A stretch of 64,000 nt of DNA from an uncultured delta proteobacterium. Its GTDB lineage: Bacteria > Myxococcota_A > Polyangia > Polyangiales > Polyangiaceae. Shown piece by piece: positions 57,945-64,000 of this stretch (positions within the stretch are counted from its first letter, which is position 1; each line of letters starts with the position of its first letter). Under the pieces are notes generated by a model. That model worked only from the letters and a program-made list of their open reading frames with translations, was not told the DNA's origin and did not search any database. The translations under genes were made by a program, and so were the position numbers. The stretch lies in assembly GCA_963806225.1 (NCBI GenBank), contig CAWDXG010000001.1:1312001-1376000 (forward strand). The letters are read 5' to 3'.

Positions 57945-58742
57945 ATGACCGCCAACCGTCGCCGTTTCTATCGCATCGGAGGCGCGCTGCTCGCCTTGTT
58001 GTTCCTGCCTGCAGCCAAGAACGGTTGCGGCAGCAAGGAGGCGAACACGACTTTCGCCTCGCCGGTCCAGGCGGTGACCACGCTGCTGGCGCACGACGAC
58101 GGTTCGGTCGAGGCCGAGGTCGTCCTGATCAGCACGATAACCTCGCAGCACAAGTTCATCGACGACGCCACGAACGTACAGCTCCGGGTCCCCGATGGAA
58201 CGCTGGTGCCGCTATCGCTCTCGTCTCCGGGACACTACACGGCGGACAGCTCGGGCAACGCCGCGCTGGTCTACACGCCGGGCAGCACCTACCAGTTCAA
58301 GTTCAATCTCGACAACGACGCCGAGGCGAAGAAGGCCGCCGGTGGCAACTTCTCGGCCGTGACCGATGCGCCCGACGATCAGGTCAGTTTCTCGTTCACG
58401 AAGAAGCCCGCATTCGCAGGCGACACTTCCACGGTCACCTGGGCGCCTGCGCAGCGCTATGCGCTGATCACGGTTACCGACTCGACCGGCAACGTCGTCT
58501 ACCAGAACTTCGACTTCAAGGAACCTCACTTCGACGGCTCCAAGTGGGCGCGCTTGAAGAAGGGCGGTTCGATGGACCTGGGTGTCGACGTGTTCGCCAA
58601 TGCCGGGACATACAACGTGCGCCTGTGCGCGGTCGACAAGGTCAGCGACTTCGACAAGAGCCTGTCGGCCGACCTCGGCGCACTGAGCGGTTTCTTGATC
58701 GGACGCTGCGCACCTCGGCAGACGCTCGACGTCACCCAGTAG
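57945..58742 (+). CDS. Hypothetical exported beta-rich protein (probable lipoprotein)
   Basis: AGGAGG RBS, MTANRRRFYRIGGALLALLFLPAAKNGC, 265 aa. Confidence 0.75.
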   Translation: MTANRRRFYRIGGALLALLFLPAAKNGCGSKEANTTFASPVQAVTTLLAHDDGSVEAEVVLISTITSQHKFIDDATNVQLRVPDGTLVPLSLSSPGHYTADSSGNAALVYTPGSTYQFKFNLDNDAEAKKAAGGNFSAVTDAPDDQVSFSFTKKPAFAGDTSTVTWAPAQRYALITVTDSTGNVVYQNFDFKEPHFDGSKWARLKKGGSMDLGVDVFANAGTYNVRLCAVDKVSDFDKSLSADLGALSGFLIGRCAPRQTLDVTQ

Positions 58743-58757
58743 GACCGCGTCGGGTCG

Positions 58758-59912
58758 CTACGCGGCGATCTGCCTTAGCGTCTCGAGCGCGCGGTCGATC
58801 TCGTCGTCGGTCGTGTACGGAGCGGGCCCTAGCCTGAGCACGTCGCCGCGCGCATCGGCCCACACGCCCCGCTGGCGCAGCCGCTGCACTGCGCCGGCGG
58901 CGTCGGACAGCCGGAGCGCTACGAAGCCGCCACGCTCGTCGGCGGCTCGCGGCGTGAGCACATCGAAGCCGTCGAGGCCCGCGATGAGCCGCCCGGTCTG
59001 GCCGAGCGAGAGCTGGCGCAGGCGATCCACGGAAAGCCCTTGCTCGCGGAAGAACTCCGCAACGGCGAGCGCCCGGTAGTGGCTTGACGGATCGTAGGTG
59101 CTGCCCGCGAAGCGATCGCACGGCCGCTCTCCGTAGTGTACGGGCCCGGCGCCGCGCGGGCTGTCGAGGTGCGCGAAGTCGCTGAACCACCCCGTGTACA
59201 CGGGTCGCAACCCGGTGTCCGGCGGCACGCGCAGAAAGCAGCAGCCTTCGCCCCACTGCGCGTACTTGTAGCCGCCCGCCGTCACGAAGATCGGATCGGG
59301 CCCCAGCTCCTCGATGCGGAACGGCACCACGTTGAACGCGTGATAGGCGTCGAGCAGCACCTGGGCGCCGGCGCGCTGCGCGGCCGCGATCGCTTCGCCG
59401 AGCCCGCCCAGGCGCGCCGAGGTCTCGAACAGCACCGTCGAGACCAGGAGCGCGGCGGTTCGTTCGTCGATCGCCGCGGCGAGCCGCCCCGGCAACGAGG
59501 CGTGCGGCTCGGCGTCGACGAAGTGCACCTCTACGCCTTCCTCCGCTAGTCGCCGGAGCTGCCGGTCCAGGCTGTGGAACTCGCCGGAGGTCGTGACCAG
59601 CCGCGGCCGCCGCCGGAGATCCAGCGCGGACAGGAAGCGCGAAACCAGCTCGTGCGTGCTCTGCCCGAGTGCGATCTGATCGATCCCGCCGCCGATGCGC
59701 TCGACCACCGCCGCGCGCAGGTCGTCGGCGACCTCGGCCGCGCGCTGCCACTTGTCGTCGACGTGCTCCGCTGCGTCGTCGAAGGCCCGGGTGAGCCCCG
59801 CGCGGGCCACGTCCGGCCAGGCCTGGTGCGAATGGCCCGTCAAGAGGATGCGATCGGGGCGCAGAAAGGCGGAGTAGTGCGGGCGGAGCGCTTCGGGCCC
59901 GGGAAGCTGCAT
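58758..59912 (-). CDS. kynU: Kynureninase-like class V PLP enzyme
   Basis: LLTGHSHQAWPD, TTSGEFHS, LLDAYH, GGYKYAQWGEG, TGWF, LRLGPAPY. Confidence 0.78.
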   Translation of the reverse strand: MQLPGPEALRPHYSAFLRPDRILLTGHSHQAWPDVARAGLTRAFDDAAEHVDDKWQRAAEVADDLRAAVVERIGGGIDQIALGQSTHELVSRFLSALDLRRRPRLVTTSGEFHSLDRQLRRLAEEGVEVHFVDAEPHASLPGRLAAAIDERTAALLVSTVLFETSARLGGLGEAIAAAQRAGAQVLLDAYHAFNVVPFRIEELGPDPIFVTAGGYKYAQWGEGCCFLRVPPDTGLRPVYTGWFSDFAHLDSPRGAGPVHYGERPCDRFAGSTYDPSSHYRALAVAEFFREQGLSVDRLRQLSLGQTGRLIAGLDGFDVLTPRAADERGGFVALRLSDAAGAVQRLRQRGVWADARGDVLRLGPAPYTTDDEIDRALETLRQIAA

Positions 59913-59952
59913 GAATTGCCTGTGTCACGGTCGTTCCGGCCCCGCAAGCACC

Positions 59953-59966
59953 ATGATCGAGGTCAT
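59953..59966. promoter_or_regulatory. Candidate Crp/Fnr-family box upstream of hemerythrin
   Basis: ATGAT-CGAG-GTCAT, 47 bp before the ATG at 60014. Confidence 0.55.
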
Positions 59967-60013
59967 CGCGCGGCCGTACCCTGCGGCCCAGACTGGGAAC
60001 GGAAGAGGTCGTC

Positions 60014-60550
60014 ATGTTGTATCCGTCTCCCGCGCGCCGCGAGCCGCAGCACTTCGACGCACCCTCGCTCTTGACGAGCTGTCACGCCCGGATCCGTCAC
60101 TTCAGCGAGATGGCCGTGACGCTCGCGGAGGCCCGGGACGCCCCCGAGCACGAGATCGCGGAAGCGGCTCGCCAGCTCCATCGCTACTTCGCGCAAGCTC
60201 TGCCGCTGCACGCCGAGGACGAGGAGGAGTCCGTGCTGCCGCGTCTCGCCGGCCGCGCTGCCGAGCTCGACACGCGGCTCGAGCGCATGCGCGCCGAGCA
60301 CGTGCGCATCGACGAGCTCCTGGCTCCCCAGCTCGAGGCCTGGCAGGCATTGGCAAAGCAGCCGGCGGATCTCGTCACGCTCGCCCCGCGCCTTTCGCCG
60401 CTCGGGCGACAGCTGCAAGCGCTTTTCGGGGAGCATCTCGAGAGCGAGGAAAAGTACATCTTCGTCGCGCTCCAGACGCAACTGAGCCACACGGAGCTCG
60501 GCGCGATCGAACAGGAGATCCGTGATCGCCGCCGGCGCACCTACCGCTAG
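60014..60550 (+). CDS. Hemerythrin (HHE) domain protein
   Basis: LTSCHARI, LHAEDEEESVLP, EHVRI, EHLESEEKYIF. Confidence 0.85.
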   Translation: MLYPSPARREPQHFDAPSLLTSCHARIRHFSEMAVTLAEARDAPEHEIAEAARQLHRYFAQALPLHAEDEEESVLPRLAGRAAELDTRLERMRAEHVRIDELLAPQLEAWQALAKQPADLVTLAPRLSPLGRQLQALFGEHLESEEKYIFVALQTQLSHTELGAIEQEIRDRRRRTYR

Positions 60551-60648
60551 TAGCGCGCAGGGCCGCGGGCGCTGAGCGCTGGTTGACGCCGTCCTGCTGA
60601 TCTACGCTGGGAGAGCCGCCTGTGCGGTCCAGTGTGGAAGAAGGACAC

Positions 60649-61203
60649 ATGAAGACAAGCGAACACGAGCCTGCCGAGGATCTCCAGCTCGAGGAGGAGC
60701 TACAGATCCTCGAAGAGCGTACGCGACCGCCCACGACGCTCAGCGCCGACTTCTTTCTGCGGCCGATCGCCGATCTGTGTCACACGCAGGAGCTCATCAC
60801 GCTGGCGCCCGCAGCGCGCGTTGCAAAGGCTATCCAGCTCATGCAAGAGCATCGCATCGGCGCCGTCCTCATCGTCGAGCAGGAGAAGCTCGTGGGGATC
60901 GTGACCGAGCGTGACGTGATGATGAAGGTGCTCGACTCGAAGCTCGATCCCGAACAGGCGGAGGTCCGGGAAATCATGACTGCCGGTCCGGAGTGCCTGA
61001 GAAAGGAGGATCAGCTCGCCTACCTCCTGAACGCCATGCACGTCGGTGGCTTCCGGCACGTACCGATCGTCGATGGCGACGGCCGCCCGACGCACCTGAT
61101 TTCCGTGCGCGACGCGCTGGCGTTCATCGTCGACAACTTCCCGGCGGAGCTGCTGAACATCCCCTCCCAGCCGTTCCGCGGTCCGCCCTCGCAGTACGGC
61201 TAG
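60649..61203 (+). CDS. Stand-alone CBS domain protein
   Basis: AIQLMQEHRIGAVLIV..LVGIVTERD, VREIMT, GFRHVPIVD..ISVRD. Confidence 0.88.
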   Translation: MKTSEHEPAEDLQLEEELQILEERTRPPTTLSADFFLRPIADLCHTQELITLAPAARVAKAIQLMQEHRIGAVLIVEQEKLVGIVTERDVMMKVLDSKLDPEQAEVREIMTAGPECLRKEDQLAYLLNAMHVGGFRHVPIVDGDGRPTHLISVRDALAFIVDNFPAELLNIPSQPFRGPPSQYG

Positions 61204-61240
61204 CCCGAGCCGCCGATGCGGTTGGCCCGCGCTCGAAGCC

Positions 61241-61945
61241 TCAACTGCTTCCGCGCGCCAGCGCCTCGAGTTGTTCCAGCGAGTCGATCTCGAATCCGTC
61301 CTTCGTCGTGGTCAGGAGGCGATCCTTCTGCCAGCGGCTGACGGTGCGGATGACCGTCTCGACCCGGGCCCCGACCAGCCGGGCCAGCGCGCCTCGCGAG
61401 AGCGGTACCGGGATCCACAGATGTCCCCTTTCGTCCTCGTCGCCGAAGCGGTCGGCCAGGTGCAGGAGCAGCGTGGCAACGCGCTGGGGCACCGTGCCCG
61501 CGCTCATGACGGTGATCTTCGCACGCAGCGCACGCGTGTGATCGAGCAGCGCGCGGTTCAGCGCCTGCGCCAGCTCCGGCTCGCGCGGCAGCGCGGCCAG
61601 TACCGGCTCCGCACGCACGCGCAGCACCTCTACCGTCTCGCTCGCCGTCACGGCGTCGGCTGGATAGCGCCCTTGCTCCATCACCGCGCTGTCGCCCACG
61701 CTCTCGCGCGGTCCGAACAATGCCAGGAGCGAGTCCTCGCCGCCCGGCGTGGGCTGGAGGATCTGGACGAGGCCGCGCTGGATGATGGTGAAATGCGTCG
61801 CTTCGCTTCCCGCGCGCCACAGGTATTCGTTTTCGCCGAAGCGAACGAAGCGGCTCTCGCCCGCCAACAGGCCAAGCCAGCCTTCGCTCAGGCCGTGGAA
61901 GAGCTTCGACGCCCGCAGGCGTCCGATCACGACGGAGGCGTCCAC
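61241..61945 (-). CDS. Crp/Fnr family transcriptional regulator, paralogue of 50647-51363
   Basis: FGPRESVGD..YPADA, TVPQRVATLLL, LSRGALARLVGARVETVIRTV. GTG start 7 nt after TAGGCT. Confidence 0.88.
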   Translation of the reverse strand: MDASVVIGRLRASKLFHGLSEGWLGLLAGESRFVRFGENEYLWRAGSEATHFTIIQRGLVQILQPTPGGEDSLLALFGPRESVGDSAVMEQGRYPADAVTASETVEVLRVRAEPVLAALPREPELAQALNRALLDHTRALRAKITVMSAGTVPQRVATLLLHLADRFGDEDERGHLWIPVPLSRGALARLVGARVETVIRTVSRWQKDRLLTTTKDGFEIDSLEQLEALARGSS

Positions 61946-62946
61946 GCGGGCGAGCCTACTCGTGAACCGGGGCTCGCTGCCAGCGCTGCTGTAGAAAGCA
62001 GGACCAGCGCGATCCACAGCAGCGTGGCCAGGGCGAGGTGGACGAGCTGCATCCAGCCGGGTGCGGACAGCAGGATGTTGACCACCCCTGCTGCGACCTG
62101 CACCAGTACCAGCGCGGCCACGGCGATCGCCCCGCGGCGCACCTCCGCCCCGGCGTGGCGCTGCGGCAGCGCCGAGACCAGGTACAGCAGCAGCGCCGCC
62201 AGCAGCACCGCGCCGAGTGGGTGCACTTCCCGCGCCCGCTGGAGGAAGCCTGCCGTCACGCTGTGATCGGCGGCCAGCCGAGCGGCGATACCTCGAGATT
62301 CGACAACCGGGTGCAGCGTGTCCCCCAGCGCCGTGATCGCCCCCAGCATTGCGACCAGCAGTGTGCCTGCGAGCGCCGGCACCAGCCACCAGTTGAATCC
62401 GCGTGGCCGGAAGCCCCTCGGTGCAGGGCGGTGGGCGCTCCGCGCAGCGATGGCCAGCGCTCCCGTCAAGAGGAAGGTGTTCGCCAGGTGCACCCCCATC
62501 ACCAGCGCGCGCGCCACCGAGTCGTTGTGACCGACGAGCTTCAGCAGCACCAGCGCCGCCCCGACGAGCGCTTCGCCGAGCATGAACGCCATCGCGAACA
62601 GCGACGCACGGCGCGCCAGGTGGCCGCGCGAAAAGCTCCTGAACGCCCACACCAGGAGCGCCACGACCAGGAGCAGGCTGATGCCGGAGGTGACCCGATG
62701 CGTGAGCTCGATGGCCATCTCCACGGAGTGCGGGCGTGGGATCACCTCGCCCTGGCACGTCGGCCAGTGCTGCCCGCAGCCGGCGCCGGACCCCGAGATG
62801 CGCACCCAGGCCCCGAACAGGATCACCAGCACCGTGTAGCCCAGGGTGATCCACGCGAGATGCCCGAATGCGCGTGCCGCGCGGCTGTCTTCTTCCGCTC
62901 TGGAAGAGGCCTGCACGGCGCTGGGAGCGGTGGCTGATCCGGCCAT
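61927..62946 (-). CDS. ctaA: Heme A synthase (COX15/CtaA family)
   Basis: [47 protein letters not shown]. Confidence 0.88.
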   Translation of the reverse strand: MAGSATAPSAVQASSRAEEDSRAARAFGHLAWITLGYTVLVILFGAWVRISGSGAGCGQHWPTCQGEVIPRPHSVEMAIELTHRVTSGISLLLVVALLVWAFRSFSRGHLARRASLFAMAFMLGEALVGAALVLLKLVGHNDSVARALVMGVHLANTFLLTGALAIAARSAHRPAPRGFRPRGFNWWLVPALAGTLLVAMLGAITALGDTLHPVVESRGIAARLAADHSVTAGFLQRAREVHPLGAVLLAALLLYLVSALPQRHAGAEVRRGAIAVAALVLVQVAAGVVNILLSAPGWMQLVHLALATLLWIALVLLSTAALAASPGSRVGSPAWTPPS

Positions 62947-63036
62947 CGGGCTGGGGCGAGTCCTGCCACGTTCCCGGCACTTCGTCGAGATCCATGGGCT
63001 TATTCGGTCGCGCAGGCCGGTCGTAGATCCATCGTG

Positions 63037-64000
63037 ATGAGCGATCCGGGCAACCCACCCGCGAACGACGGCGTCCGTCCGCGTATCGAGGGCGAGATCG
63101 AGACCGAGATCGCACGGCGACAGCGGAAAGGGCCGTTCTTCTACCCGCTGTTGGCGCTCCTCGTCGTGTTCGGGACGCGCTTCCACCGCCAGCACCCGGA
63201 GATCTCCGCCGGGCTGCTCGCGGCGTTGCTGCTTTCGGCGGGGCTGCGGTGGCTCCTGTGGAGGCGTCTGGGCAGGTCCGGGGACAGCCCACCCGCGGGG
63301 CTGCTCGGTCCAGCCCTCTTCCTGCCGGTGTACGCCTGGAGCCTGTTCACCACCGTGACGTTGGCGCTGTACGGCCTGGGCGAGCCGGGTGTGCTGACCA
63401 TCGCCTGCACAGCGGGCATCGCTGCGTCGGGAAGCGCGGGCATCGCGCTCCGTTCACGGCTGCATCTCGCCTACCTGCTTCTGCTGCTGGTGCCGATTGC
63501 CATCGTGCTGCCGCTCACGGCGGGGTCCACCGGCTACGGTGTGGCGTGCGCCTACTGTGTCGGCAGCGCCTACCTGCTCTTCGAGGGACGCCAGGTGCGG
63601 GCGACGTTCCTCAGACTCGTCGGAGGTCGCCTGGAGCTGGAGAAGGCGTGGCAGATCGCGCGCGACGCCAGTACTGCCAAGAGCGAGTTCCTCGCGACCA
63701 TGAGCCACGAGATCCGCACGCCGATGAACGCCGTGCTCGGCATGTCCGGGCTTCTGCTCGACACGGCTCTAAGCGCCGAGCAGCAGGACTACGCCGAGAC
63801 CATCCGCACGTCGGCCCGTTCCCTGCTCGACGTGATCAACGACATCCTCGACTTCTCGCGGATCGAGGCGGGCCGGTTGGAGCTCGAGGAGATCGCGTTT
63901 CCGCTGGAGCCGACCATCGACGCAGCCGTGGAGCTGATCCGCGAGCCCGCACGCCAGAAAGGCCTCGAGCTGGAGACCCGGATCGACCTGGATGTGCCGG
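63037..64000 (+). CDS. Membrane sensor histidine kinase (hybrid-type HisKA), truncated by the window end
   Basis: Absent from the ORF track because there is no stop. Several TM segments, then [23 protein letters not shown] and [22 protein letters not shown] in frame with the ATG at 63037. Confidence 0.9.
   Translation, partial: MSDPGNPPANDGVRPRIEGEIETEIARRQRKGPFFYPLLALLVVFGTRFHRQHPEISAGLLAALLLSAGLRWLLWRRLGRSGDSPPAGLLGPALFLPVYAWSLFTTVTLALYGLGEPGVLTIACTAGIAASGSAGIALRSRLHLAYLLLLLVPIAIVLPLTAGSTGYGVACAYCVGSAYLLFEGRQVRATFLRLVGGRLELEKAWQIARDASTAKSEFLATMSHEIRTPMNAVLGMSGLLLDTALSAEQQDYAETIRTSARSLLDVINDILDFSRIEAGRLELEEIAFPLEPTIDAAVELIREPARQKGLELETRIDLDVP

Overview
High-GC bacterial chromosomal DNA. The gene repertoire (Cys-rich repeat lipoproteins with Gly-rich linkers, TPR/PEGA-like protein, IgGFc-type lipoprotein, membrane Ser/Thr kinase, FHA protein, tandem PilT paralogues) points to a myxobacterium, probably Polyangia/Sorangiineae-like (inference). 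Left part (1-33 kb): three Cys-rich repeat lipoproteins, dispersed selenocysteine machinery (selA, selB, tRNA-Sec), fused E1 alpha/beta 2-oxoacid dehydrogenase, trpB2, kinase, two epimerases plus an SMR protein, erythrin-VIT1, acyl-CoA synthetase, recN, desaturase, yceI and a sulfatase. Four of these genes carry six single-base insertions that look like sequencing errors. Middle (33-51.4 kb): an anaerobic/N-oxide respiration block. It has a non-Tat Mo-bisPGD oxidoreductase with a fused FeS-NrfD partner and a TorD chaperone behind a sigma54-like promoter, a ywiC-ric-nnrS-like-DUF2478 operon, and a divergent nosZRDFYL-cytochrome c-crp/fnr cluster. Its NosZ is clade I-like with a Tat signal and a lipobox, which is unexpected for a myxobacterium. 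Right part: peptide ABC transporter without ATPase, a PilT pair with complementary His-box losses, a sigma54-driven lipoprotein, kynureninase, hemerythrin, CBS protein, a second Crp/Fnr paralogue, heme A synthase and a truncated histidine kinase. A recurring TGAY-N4-GTCA box and many TANNNT-(7-9 nt)-start codon junctions suggest a non-canonical DNR-like regulon and frequent leaderless transcription. No CRISPR array or mobile element was seen.
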